Shown here one piece after another: positions 47,272-60,358 of a DNA stretch of 64,000 nt; within the stretch, counting starts at the first letter, position 1, and each line of letters begins with the position of its first letter. The notes under the pieces are model-generated. The model was not told where the DNA came from. It did no database searches and was given only the letters and a program-made list of their open reading frames with translations. Origin of the DNA: Trichodelitschia bisporula. Its lineage: Eukaryota. The position numbers were made by a program, and so were the translations under genes. Location: assembly GCA_010356995.1 (NCBI GenBank), contig ML996699.1:216323-280322 (forward strand), given 5' to 3'.

Positions 47272-50200
47272 TGTGAAGGGTGTATGCAGGGACGACTGTG
47301 TGTGGGGGAGAGAGATGCGACGATAATTGGTGACCCAAGGTCCAACGCGAATGGTCCAGTCAAGTGAACTATAGGAAGAGGTTGTAAGCGTTGGCGGCTG
47401 CGAATAGTATTGAGTTTGCCTTTCGGTGTTGTGATGTGTGGAGTTGGTGAACAAAAAGTTGGGGAAGCGCGAGTTTCGGGGGTGCAGTCCAAAGGGGGAA
47501 GGACCGACGGAGTCCACGAAACAATGACTAGGGCTGGAGGGGGTGTGAATGGGAAGTGGAGCGACGTACCTAACAATGAACTGGATCAATCGTGATCGTG
47601 AAGAAGGACAAACAATTGTTGTGATGCCGAATGGGTTGGGAGTGGTCGGGGAGTGAAAGATGGGGTCGGGATTTGGAGATTGGGATGCGTGGAGACGGGA
47701 GAAAGAGAAGCAGCGGTGGATTCGGGAGGCCGAAGAGGAGAAGCTTGGCGGAACCGGGGGATGTGGGAGGGGGAGGGGGGAGAAGAGAGAGAGGCAGCGG
47801 AAGGCGAGAACAGGAGAGCTGGATTGACGAGCGACAGGGAGGAGCGAGAGAGGGCGGTGGAAGAACTCTTGGTCCGATGGGCTGCAGTCAATTGTGGACA
47901 CCACAGCTCTACTTGCACCTTGCAGTCTGCAACTTGTTGCTGCACCTCTAGAACTAAACTGCAGATGTCTTGCCTGCAAACTGCAACACTACTCGCCTAG
48001 CTGCTTTGACGCTAAATACAACTTTATTGGGGATCTTTCCCGCTTCGTTTGCTTCACTTGAAGCTGATGGATCTCCGAAATATGCCGGCAGGTGCAGGAT
48101 CTCGGAGGTGAAAGGCGATATTATGGCGACACAAGCTTACAAACGCAACGGCAAGCTCCTCTCTCAATTGGATGCGTGCAGTGCATTATTCAACGGGCAA
48201 CAGCTGAAGCAAGCCTCCAGTCTCACCTCCAACGTACCGTACTCTTGCATGTTTTTATCTCTTATCACTGCAGGTTTCTCTTTGATGCTGCAAGATGCAG
48301 TCTTCAGCTTAGGCTGTCCGATATCCTCTAATCTCATCTCCTCGTTGAACTATCGGCGCCTCATTCACCACTTCCACGCGGAAGCCGTCAATGTCAAAAT
48401 CTGTGCCTGGTGCGGAGGAGCCGGGGGCGCACCCTAAAGGAGCATCTTGGACACCAAGCGACCCGACGCCAAACCTTAAATGATGCCGCCACGCTGCACT
48501 CGCTCCTCCAGGCATGAAAAAGTATCCAGCCGAGCTAGCCGTGCCAGCCTCCCGGGTTTCTTTGCTGGCAGTTTGCGTGAAGGGCCAAAGTGAAGAATGA
48601 CATTGTTCAACTCGTTGAACTGAGAACGTGAGCCCTGTTTCGCAACTCTCTCAATTCCCCAGATATCCTGAGCCGAAGATCAGTGATCCGACCCCGTCTG
48701 ACTTGCTTCTTCAAAAGACGCAACAACTCCTCATTACCGGCCCGCCCGCCACGAGGCCCACCGGCCCACTACGGTAAGAGCAGCAAAAAAAAAAGCGTCG
48801 TCAACGCTTTCTAGAAGCGCTCTAGAAAAGGGGGCGCTCATTGCCATTATTACCAAGCAAACCAACCTCTTTTCGTCTGACCCGACTCTCTCCCCCCTCC
48901 CTGCCGTCGATCGACGGAGAACGAGCAAAAGAAGCGGACGCAGGCAGGACAATGAATACGATAACCCTATGGGTAAGTACAGTAGTATCAGCGCAGGCAC
49001 CAAACCCGCAGAACACCTGATGCCCACCTCCTCTTCCCGCCGCCGCACTACGTCCCATCCGTGTTTCAAACGTCCGCCGCCAAGCCGCCGCCTCCATGCA
49101 CCCCTCCCCGCCCCGCCCACCCAGGCTCCATTCCGCCACCGCTCTCCGCTCTCCACCATTTTCCCGCCCAGGCACTCCAGCCAAAGCCCCGTGCAGCCCT
49201 TTTCTTAATAATGGGTGCTCATTGGCTAACTTCCTGATATCCGTCACAGCGTCGCGCGCGGCCCCAGGGGAAAAGGCGCGGACCTCCGTGTGCGCCGAGC
49301 GCAGCCTTTTGCGGGGGCCCGGGTTTTGGGCTTGAGGTCACGGGTGCGCGGCTGGAGCGGAGATATCAACATCGTTGATGCGTTGTTCGAGTCCACAGAG
49401 CACCAGAATGGATGAGCTGGTGCTTTGATAGCCTGATAACTAACCGAAGTCCCCACCTCCGGAGGTAGAGATCGTGAGGCCTTCTGCACTCGGAGACCCC
49501 CACGCCCAAGTGAGTCAGCCGTCAAACAGCGCGGCCTCCGCAACGGCGGCATCAAACAGGACGACGTACAGCAGCAGTACTCTCGCATAAACCCCGCTCT
49601 CCGGGCATTAGCCCACTCCGCATCGCCTTACATCGGCGTACCCCCACCCCGCGTCCCTTGCATAGGGTGCTGCTCGGCCCGCCGGTAGGAGCCGAGAGCC
49701 CCGCCTCCCATTACCGTACGACGACACATCATCATGGCGAGATGTCACTGTTTGAACCTGCCCGCGCAAGTGTACAGAAGCGCTTTGCCGCCCTTACATG
49801 CCCACAGAGGTGGATGGCGAGGGCGTGTATGATCGCCGCCAGCATACCCCCAACACGCAGCGGGTAGATTGCGTCAACGCGTTAGCCGCGCTTACCCGCG
49901 CGCTGAAACGGCGAAACGGCGGGACCTGCCTTTCTCAGCCTCGCATGTGAACAGTAACTCCAGGCATCTACTGTAGTGTTCTACATCGAACTATACACGC
50001 CTGTATGTCCATGGTAGCGTCACCGCCGCAGCCGTGCTCGCCTACTCGGGCCTTAACACGCAGATATAAGATCGCCAGCCTCAGGCTAGCCGATGCCGTG
50101 GCGGCTTAACCGCCGTCATATACCCATCCCAGGACTAGCAGCTGCACAATCAGGGGAAAACGGACGAGTCTGCTTTGTACAGCACAAGGCTCGTACACGC

Positions 50201-50565
50201 AAGGGACGAGCTCACAGCCTCAGCACCTAGTCAGTTCCCCAACTACTCGTCGTACTCAAGGATGATAGTATCTAGCCGCAAACCGCAGCAAAAATGTTGA
50301 ATTCTTTTTCTCCCTTTTGTTTAGGCCCTCAATATGTACCCGCTACTCCCCCAAACATCCCTCTGCCTTTTGTGCAAAAACACGACAAAAAGAGGCCGTT
50401 AGGGCGCGCGGAAGAATCGTAGAACAAACGTGCGCCAGATCCAAGCCACCAACCCACACATATACGAGTATGCGCCGATCGGGCAAGCAGCGATGGTGGC
50501 CGGCGTCCTAGCCCTCCACGCCATTAGCCCATGTGAGGAAACCCAGACGCTCCCCCAAATCGTCC

Positions 50566-53500
50566 TTACATGCCCTGATAGGGCGCCGCGCCCGGAATCT
50601 GCGGCGCCAAACTGCCCCCAATGCGCCGCTGGGCATCCTGCTTCTCCTCCTGCGTCGGGTTTGACTTCTGCATATCCTCGGTGTGGGCGGGGTGGTTGAG
50701 GGAATGGCCGACCGACATGCCGACGCGGATCTGACCGGTTAGCCGATGCAACTAGGACATAGCCGAAGCAACTTACCAGAGTCTCCAGCGCGCTCCGCGA
50801 GTTATCGACCAGGTCGTCGTCCCACTGCATCACGCCGGGCTCGAAGAGAAGCAAGATCGTGCTGCCGCCTACGGCACATTAGCCCGCTGCCGTATATACA
50901 CAGCACCGCACTCACCAAACTTAAAGTACCCCAGCTCCTCCGCGCGCGCCACCTTCTCACCCGGCTGTCTCGTAATAACCGTGCTACCCACCATCATGGC
51001 TCCCACGCAAACCACCATAACGCGCCCATGCGCCACAGAGTCAATTGGCACCAGCACGCGGACGTTCTCACCATACACATCCAGCGCCGAGCGAATCGCC
51101 ATCGGGTTAACAGTATAATACTCGCCCTCGATGAGTTTCGGCTCGCCCATGATGCCATCGACAGGAATATGGAAGCGGTGATAGTCCTGCGGCGCCAGGC
51201 GGAAGATACCCAGCGCGCCGCCGGCGAAGCGCTTCGCGTCCTCGGGGTACGCATTGCCGAGCAGACGCTCAACGGTGAAGTCGCGGCCCTTGACCCAGAT
51301 GGTCTGCGCTTCATCGAGCTTATTGAAGACGACGGAGCGGCAGTCGGCGGGCGAGGTGACGATCTGCGGGCGGTCGGGTGCCGAGCAAGGCCGGGCGTCG
51401 GGTTTGAGCGCGCGGTAGAAGAACTGGTTGAAGTTCTTGAATTGCTCCTTGGGGAGCAGGACTTCGCTCATGTCCAGCTGGTGGAAGTTGATGAAGTCGT
51501 CGATTTGCACCGCCGAGGCTGGGTCGTCGTACTTCTTACCCTGCTTGATACTCAGGCTACGGAGCAGCTTTTTGACTGTGCAGCCGGTAAGAAGAAGGTC
51601 TGGTAATAATAGTTGGGGGCAGCAAAGGTAATACATACTTTTCTTCTTCTCCATGCTACTTGCCTTGAGGCCCTTGTAGAGCAGACGGATACCTAGACGG
51701 ACGTACACGCTCATGCGCTCCTCGTTGATCTGGCCGGTAATACGATCCTGGACGAGAATGTTCGCCGAGTTGGCGCCGAGTTTATAACCACCATAGCTGA
51801 TCTTGGTAATGACCTTCGAGTACCACTTGCGCTGGGCCTGGCTCGCTGTAACAAAGCCAGCCATCACGATGTTGTTAACTTGTCTCCAATCCTGGCTGGC
51901 ACACGTCGCGACGTGGGTAATGATGTCAGCATCGGATTTCTTGTTAAGGCGCGGCTGGTGGCAGATCGGACATTCGCGGATCTCAATGACGTGCTCCTCG
52001 CCGCGGTCATCAATGAGATCATTTTGTCCCAGGGTGCCACCTTCTTCACCTTCGGTTTCTTGTTGCGGTTGCTGGATGATGGGTATGTTCGTCTGAGAGT
52101 CGACAGCAAGGGTCTTTTCCGTGGTGAAGGAACTCGACTCGGACGGCGTCTTGGGGTCAGCAGCAGGAGTAGCAGGAGTGGTGCCGCCGAGGATCGGTTG
52201 GGTGATGGCAGTCGGTAAGTTACGCTTGAGCCAGTTCGTCTTGGATGACTCCGTCTGCTGCAGCTGGTCCTCCAGACATATGACCGCTTCGTCAAACGAC
52301 AATGTTGGTACATCTCCAGGCTCGGAATTTGGGAACCGTTTGAAGAAGCCTTCAATAGTGGACTCGTGGAGAGTAGACCCCAACGTGTCCAACATGGTCG
52401 TCAGCTCCACCAGGTCGATCCTACCGCTGTCATCGGCATCATATTGCTTGAGCATTGCGCGCCAAAATTGCTGCCGTAAGGCCTTGTACGGAAGATATTT
52501 GGCACGGACGTAGATGGTGGGATTATGCTTAGCCTCCCAGCGTTCCTTGTTCTTCAACTCCAATGGAAGAACATAGGATTTCAGCGCTGGGTCATCCAGA
52601 CCATCGGCAGTGGCTGGGTTCATAGCCGGCAGCACCATAGAGCTATCGGCCGAGACGGAAGGCGCGCTGGTTGGAGCTGCAGGGGTCGTGGTACCGCTAG
52701 CCCAATCCTCTTGTGTCGACGCAGGTGACAGATGTGGACCAGTATTTTCACGCTGGACCACAGGCCGGGCCGCCATCTTGGAAAGGCTCTGCTGCGATGC
52801 GGACCTCGACAAAGGCAGTCTGAACCGGGACCGCTTAGCTTCTTGCTGCGTAGATACCAACCCAGGTTCCGGGATTTCCGGCAAGTCATAGAGACCTGTC
52901 TCGGGGTCGGCTTCAGGAGCTGCATTGACGACACTCTCCAGGGGGAAGTTGACAGCTCCGACGTAGTCGTTCCCGGAGAATTTATCTCTGTCTACAACGG
53001 TAAAGCTCATCTGATATTTGATCTCATGGCGCATAACCTGGAAGACGAGTTTCTCATCGTAAACAGGGTTCAGGCAATGGCGAACGACACGAGTGCGGTA
53101 GGTTTTCCGTCCGAGAGATGTAACGACGAACGGGTCCATATCGAACGAGGTGCGTGTAACTAGATAAATTAGTACGGGCTCGAAGGCTCAAGATATACCT
53201 ACGGTTCTTTTCAGGGGGCAAGTCCGTAATCTTCTGGATCTCCATGAACAAGACACCAGCCACATCGGAGCCGCTGCTGAACTCGTAGCCGTGCTCTTTT
53301 GCCTTGCGCTTGAGACGTGCAAGACGGCGACGCTTCTTCTTCTTATCCACCGTCTCCGGCGCTTTGTTCTCATCAAGCTCTCCAGGAGTCACTGGTTCTT
53401 CAAAATCTTCATCTTCATCCTCGTCTCCTTCTCCTTCTCCTGCAAATTCATCGCTCGCCTCGGGGCTCGGAGACCCGCCCAAGCTCGCCAGTTTAGCGAG

Positions 53501-54222
53501 GATCTGCTGTGGTGTGGCAGTCGGGTTCGTGGGGTCAATCAAGGTGAACTGCAATTGGACCGCACCGGTAACGACCGCCGATTTCTTGCCGGTCCGCTTT
53601 GAGGACAATGGGTACCAGTGAGGCTACGTCTTGTCAGCCATATCTCCGGCCTTGTCCCGCAATCTGTCCCTACCTCAGTGGCAACTTGGCCAGTTGTGAA
53701 GAGCTCCTCGACAGCCACGTCAAGCTCGCCCATGTAGTCTTTCCCGAACCGGTCTTTATCCCAGCACACAGCTTCGAGCACAAGGCTCTGCACGCCCACG
53801 ATAGGCAGTTCGAAAGTCTGATTCCATTCCGGGTTGAGGGTCTTGTTGATGGTAGAGGTCGCCTCTTTGGCGTCGCCGAGGGTAAGAACCAGATACTAAG
53901 TCCATCAGTATGGCGCCGTGGGTGAGTTCTGTGTACTTACAGGATCGCTCGTACCGCTCTTATCCTTAGCCGCCAAATCCTTCCCCTGATGATGTCAGTC
54001 GCCGATGCCCAGCCCGCACCGCAGCAGCGCAAAGTAGCCCACCTTGAACACAGTAACTCGCAAAACTAGAACAGTCGTCATGGCAGCGTTTTCTCCAGCT
54101 CCAGGTCTCGGGCTCAAACTTCGGGTCGGGGTTTTGCTTGTAGGCGACGAAGCTTGGCCCGTTCCACCTTTTAAACGCGCGGGGAGCCCGCTCAGCCGCA
54201 CGGGAAGGGTGGGACGCACCAT
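50566..54222 (-). CDS. PSD2: Phosphatidylserine decarboxylase 2 proenzyme (C2 domains, EF-hand, PSD domain), 8 exons
   Basis: C2 motifs (KDLAAKDKSGTSDPY, WDKDRFGKDYMG, DMDPFVVTS), EF-hand YDADDSGRID, FNQFFYRALK, SPADCR, IFRLAPQDYHRFH, and the self-cleavage motif YFKF/GGST. Confidence 0.96.
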
Positions 54223-56589
54223 TGCGTTGGCGGGGGAAGGAGAGACGAGGGCGGGGTACTGAGGAGCGGGGGTGGGTGGGATGCTGCGACGAAGCAGGGC
54301 AGCGGAGGCGTCAATTCGGGCCTTGGTTGGTGGGCTACCCAGGTCCGTCTGCTCAATACACCTGGGCGGCCGTGATAACCATGGCCTTGCTGCAGGGGGC
54401 CGTTAAGGAATGCGGATAGATGACGATTGTTGGCTCTAGGAGGTGACGTCTCGCGCTTGCTGATCACTAGAACTAGGTGGGAGAGTAAGGTTATGGGATT
54501 GACGGTGAGAGAGATCGGAAGAGATCCGGAGCAGAACTTATGCGTATTTGGAGTGCGTCAGGTCGGCAGGATGCGGGAGGGATATTTTGGGGGTTTGAGC
54601 GGAGAAGCGTAGCGAGAGGGGGGAAGCAAGCAGAAGATCTGTGGGGGTTTTGGTGAATTGCAGGGAAGAGGAATGTCAGAGCTGGGGAAGAGTGGGGTAT
54701 GATGATGATGATGGGAACAGGGAGGTGAGAACGACGAGCAAGAAAACAGTTGAAGAGATGTAGAACTAGGATAGGGATGGGGTTATGTAGTGGGTTACTG
54801 TAGGGAATCGGTTGAGAAAAGAATAGATGCGGTGAGACTCAGACAATACATGAAAGTCTCTCTTCAGCTTTTCTCCTGGAGCTGAGGACAGAAAGCTTTC
54901 CCACCAATCCTCCCTTCGTCAATCGTCATTGCTCAAATGCGGCGCAACAAACGCCAGACGCTATTTGAGGACATGAAGTGGCCCCTCCCCCACCCTTCAC
55001 CTCCACATGCACCACACACCACACATCACACAGATCACTTCGGAGCCTTTCCCCAATAATCACCCGAACAATTCACCCACTATAACCCCAATTGCCCTCA
55101 ATTGCCCTCCATTTCCTCAGTTCCCTCCAACCTAATATACGCCAAGCCGGCGACTAGATATGGTAGGCAAGCACTTTGCCCGTGATTTTCGTCCCGTCAC
55201 AGCTCCCGGTCTCAGTCTCAGCCCCAGGCATGAGAACCTGCATCTCAGTCCGAAAGAGGGACGCGCTCGCTGATGTGCGAAGGATTTGTCTCCGCTATCC
55301 GAACGCCTCAGAAAACCCCTCAACGCATCGGCTCGCTACGGTCCGTATTCCCTTCGGCGTACCCACTATGACCCCTACTACGTACTACGTACTTAAACAC
55401 ATTGGCACCCTGAGGCTCAGCCACAGCCGTCTTTGCCTCCGCCATTCCCCCGGGCCGAAGCCATGGATTGACATGGACGGTGCGGCGCATTCCCGCCGTA
55501 ATGCCTTGCATGACGCCGGGAACACCACGGGAGCGTCTGCGGGAAGGAACAACCCCAGCTGCTCGGCCTCGTAGACAGAGGATCATGTCTTGTCGTACGT
55601 CCTGGCAGCACAGCCTGCATATACGATACTCGTACATTGATGTGCCTTGTGCCTATCCGCCGAGCGCTGCGGACATATCTGCCCGCAAGTACCGGGATCA
55701 TCCCCAATCCGCCCCCGGATCCCATCCCATCCGTCTACCGAGTCTGGCCAAGCTGCCAGGCACACAGTCCGCAGGGCTCATACGCAGTAGAGCCAAGGCA
55801 AATGTGAAATGTGGCTAGTACTCCGGCCTGTCGTTGCGGAAATGCGGAGAATGCCCTGTCGGGGCTTGCGTCATTTGAGGCGGTGGGTGGCCTCTTTTGT
55901 CGTTATTACGTACCCGTGGATCGGGTTCTGGGAACCGATGCTTGTGGGGAAGTTGTTTGAGCCTCTTTCCCAACAAGAGAGCATCACCTGCTTGACACAA
56001 ATTTATCCTCCGAACGAGGCCCCTGGTGGCAATTATCACGAAACGAGGCCTGAAATTGGACTCAACACTCGGCCAGATTGGCCAGATGGCTCTGAGCGAC
56101 CAGGCTCTGCCAAATGAGTGGTGCGCTGTCATTTCGTCGGGAGCGGCGAGGGCTAAGGATCATGTGTTTTGCTTCGGCTCGGTGATGGGAGCAAAGACTC
56201 ATTACGTGCTAAGGCAACTGTAATGCTGAAGATTGAAGTAGAAGACCAAGAGAGGAAGAGACTCTCGAGACTTAAATACACGATGCCAAGTATCATCCTT
56301 TGCCCCTTCCTTCTATCATGCGCTCATTGCATCATGTCCCTTGGTATGCGCCTTCCTGACATAACAATGCTCCTTCCATGTCCACATCACTCAGTGTCCA
56401 GCATATGCTGCTTGTACCTTTGGGCGTTTGAGACGTGGATATGGACGCGGTCACACGAACGCAAACCGACTCCGTTGTCAAGCATAACACTGGAGAAGGC
56501 GAACTGGATCATTATGGCATACGAAAACTTCAACGAACGTAAATACCAACATCAACACCAGCGCCGAACCCCCTTCACTCGGAGCCCAG

Positions 56590-58687
56590 TCAACTCGGCT
56601 CCGAGCGAACGAAGTAGGGTATATCCTGGAACTCCTTGTCTGCAAACTCCTTCCCGTACGTGTCTACGACGAAGTGACAGAAAGTGACCCACTCCTTCTC
56701 CAAGATCTGCTTCGCCTGCTCCTGCTCAGGCTTGCTCAGACAGCTGTACTGGATACTCCAATTGACAAGTTGGCGCCAACCGTAAAGACTCATTGACATT
56801 GATCCAACCATGACTTGATAAAATTCATGTGAGACAGAGTTACTGTAACCGCGATTACTCAAATTAGTTAGTGCCAATTGATGTGTGAGTAGGGGGGTCT
56901 GGGAGAGTACGTACGTGAAAAGAGAAGGGTTGTCGCTGTTAATGGTACAGGGAATGCCGGCAGCTAGAATTTCGGGATACGGATGCTCCTTGACGTTCCG
57001 GCAGAGGTGAAGCAACTCGTTAGAAGTCGGGCACAGTTCGACGCATATATTCTTCTTCTTGAATTCCTCAACCAGCACCGGGTGCTTGAGCAGCGAGAAG
57101 CCGTGGCCGATACGTTTCGCCTCAAAGAGCACCGAGTCATACAAGTTGGAGTTCTCCGGATTCTTCGAGCCGCCCGTATCGAGCAGAGACTCGCCCGCAT
57201 GAAACATGAATGGAATTGATATTCCAAGATCATGGCAGGTCTGCTGCATTGCGACCAGTTCCTCTTGGTAAAATCCGATGTGGTTTGCTCTGTCCTCGGC
57301 GCCCACAAGATCAAAGCCTAGTTAAATTAGCGAAGCTCAACATGCCCACTATTCACTTACCGCAGATGAGATCATCATATTCCAACTTCAGTTTGATACA
57401 GTCCACGATTTCGCGCTGCATCATGGGCTTAGGAATGGATCTCGGCGCGCAGTATATGATCTTCAACCCGAACGGGAACTTGTGCAACTCGCCCTTTGCC
57501 CCGAGTTCCTTTTTTTTCTCAGTGACCTGGTCAATGATGATCTGCATCTGTGCTCGGTGGTCCAGCATCTTTTTGCCGTCGTTGCCGGGAATCTGCTTGT
57601 CTAACAGCATGGGCCGCAGTTCGGCATACATGACGCGATCCCGGATCATGTTGTCGATGGCCTCACCGATGTACCAGCTATACACCGACTCGTAGTTCAT
57701 CAAACCTTTAAAACAGCGAGTAGCTTGATTGAAACGAGCCCAGATCCTACGGACGTTAGAGATGTGCCGGAGGATATCGGCAACTTACCCGTTGGTGGTC
57801 TGCGACAGACCGTACACTGCTTCTTGGTCGAGAATCATCTTATGAAGAACCCATTCTTCCGCATCTCCATAGCAGTGGGACTTGCTGTGCTTGTTCCGCT
57901 CCCGAAACTGGACCCTGAAATCAGACCACAGCATCCAGGGCTGTACGCCATCCCCCCGAAAAGCGGGCTTGTATGTTGCAGAAAAGATATCCACGCGGGG
58001 GGTAGTAGAGACAGACATAACGTTGAAAACTATCTCTGAAGTGGCATAATTTTCATCTTGCACGAGGGGCTCGGTGCTCCGAACGAACATATTTGGGACG
58101 TCCTTGGCCTTCTGGAGTAATATGACGGCTGGTAGTTCTGCATTGAAATGGAGATGCAAATGTGCCCCTTTGGGCAATTCCTGGGCGATCTTGAAGAGCC
58201 TGCTCCGCTCAATACGATCCCTGTTCGTCAAGAACTGGCCGCCCAGATCCAGAGTCTCGGGGCCGGGAATGGCTTCTGATGCTTGATTGCCGAAATCGAC
58301 GTCCCGTTCGTGCTCCCGAACTTTCCAGATGATGAGAGCCGCTTGCTGTTCTATGGCAGTCGCCCTTTCTCGTACGGGCTTGTCCCATGCCATGTCACGC
58401 TCCTTCTTCAACAGCTTAGCTCGCTCTGCCCTATGGGCCGCCATTTCGTCAGAACTCTTGATACGCTCCATGTACCCTTTGAAGACGGACTCCGGATCCC
58501 GGCGAGCAGCCCCATTTTGGCCATTGGCCAGCTGTTCATTGCCGTTTCTGGGCAAAAAGGTACGGGGCTGCTCATGCCGTGAATTTTGAGAGTCGGAGAT
58601 TGGAGAGGCAAAAGTAGGGACGGGCGTAGGCGACTGATTAGAGGTTGAAGGAGCTCCCAGGGACATATCTTCTTTCTCTTCGTCCAT
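56590..58687 (-). CDS. Adenosine deaminase-related (ADGF/ADA2-type) metallo-hydrolase, 4 exons, no signal peptide seen
   Basis: LPKGAHLHLHFNA, YAELRP, GFDLVGAED, FMFHAGESL, RIGHG, VELCPTSNELL, INSDNP. Confidence 0.9.
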
Positions 58688-60358
58688 TTTGGTTTTCTTG
58701 ATCGAAGAATCTTTTGAATCCTTTTTTCTTCGCCACCTCGGCTTCCGAGACAGCTTCTTTCCGAAGACCGCAAGGAGGGAGGCCGTGAAAAACGATGGAG
58801 TCCTCTGTTCCTCCAGCGTAGCCGAGTGATATCCAGGCTGTGACGTATTGAGGTCTGCAGAGAACGTGATCAGAATCGAGAATCAGTGGGCATAAAATAG
58901 CAAGCGGCTTTGTGACGCGGAAGACCCAAATTCACCAGCACTTGCGCAGTTCACAACTGAGAACTCGCCCCAAGTGCATCCGGCGGAAACGAGACGAAAA
59001 GGAGTGAAATACCCAAAACAAGTTGCAAATCCCAAATGGCAGGTAAATAACACGTGATCCGTCGTTCATCGCTCGGCCAGTGCCGAATATGCGTCGCTCC
59101 GGTATCATCGACAAGCAAAAGTTCAATCTGGATATTCCACAAGAGGCCGCCAGAATGACCACTTTATGACTTGGAATGGTGATCGCGATAGAGGATGAAA
59201 AAACACCCCACGATGCACGGAAATGATATGTCCCTTCAAGGCAGAAAAAGGGACGTCACAGGGTAGATATCAACGAGGCGGTGCCAGACAAGGCTGCTTC
59301 TCGTTGATCTAGAACCTGGGGAGGAAATGCGCAGGGGAAATTACATAGAAAGATAGAGCCGGCCTCATTATTAATGCGCACACAGCTACGCGCCGAGGAT
59401 AGAAGATGAGGGGTGATTGCGACAAAGAGAACAGGCTCCTCGTTCGTACCTTAGTTACCACCCAAGGCTCCAGCCTGAAGTGGTTGTAAAAGCCAAGCCG
59501 GCCCGAAATATATGCGCAGCGACGCAAAAAAAAAGTTGCGCTTGAACTTGGCCTGCAGTTATACGGACTCTGGGCACTTGCGATTGAGGCTCCGAAGGGG
59601 TTGCGATGTGAGATGAAGGAGGAGTGAGAGTTGCGAAAGATGAAGAGGGCGCAGCAAGTCCGCCTTTCTGGGGAGTCACGGCGCCGGAAAAGTGTATTTC
59701 CCTTCCGTTCAGGCCGTGTGGCTTGAAGTCAAGATCATGAGTCGCTGTCATGGCGACCTTCCTTGTAGCTTCAACGATTGTCGCTAGGGCAAGCTGCGAG
59801 TTCAGCCCCCGCCCCCGGTCTTTTGTAGCCTTGCGTTGTTGATGCACAGCCCCCTTCAAAGGTGGTGAAACTGGAAGAGCTGTATGTTATGCCGCGCTGA
59901 ATTCTACCACAGCACAAGGCGTAACAGCAGAGGCGCAGTGCTTGCACAGATGCACCACGTTCAGGGTTAGGATAGGCGTTGTGCTGGCCAACCAGTCCCC
60001 TCCATAGAAGGCGCACGCACGATTTTGACCCCTCCTTCTCATGGCGTTCGTTAGCGGTAAATGTTGGAGGCGGGGGTGGCCCGTGGCGTACTGCATGGGG
60101 CTGATTTCGGCTCTTTTCTCAATCTGCAAATGGACGCCGCATTGTGTGCCGGACTGAAACTGACGGGTTGGGTTCAGGCGTCCCGCATGTTTTCCAGCGG
60201 GTTTCTCCGTCTTCAAATCGTCTCTTTGAGGCTCAACAGAGCAGAGCTTCTCTCTTTAACCTTTGAGCTCCCCCGACGTCAAGAGGTTGTAGGAAATTGG
60301 ACAATACATCCGTAAACTCTTCCCAACCGCATGCTTCACTGTCTCTCTTTAGCCCACC

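Noticed and set aside
48808..48828. Near-palindrome tttctagaagcgctctagaaa as a heat-shock element
   Set aside because: Only two correctly phased nGAAn units are present; the third is out of register.
54400..56580. Short ORFs between PSD2 and the deaminase
   Set aside because: No recognisable domain or convincing exon structure; composition fits leader, promoter and 3'-UTR sequence.
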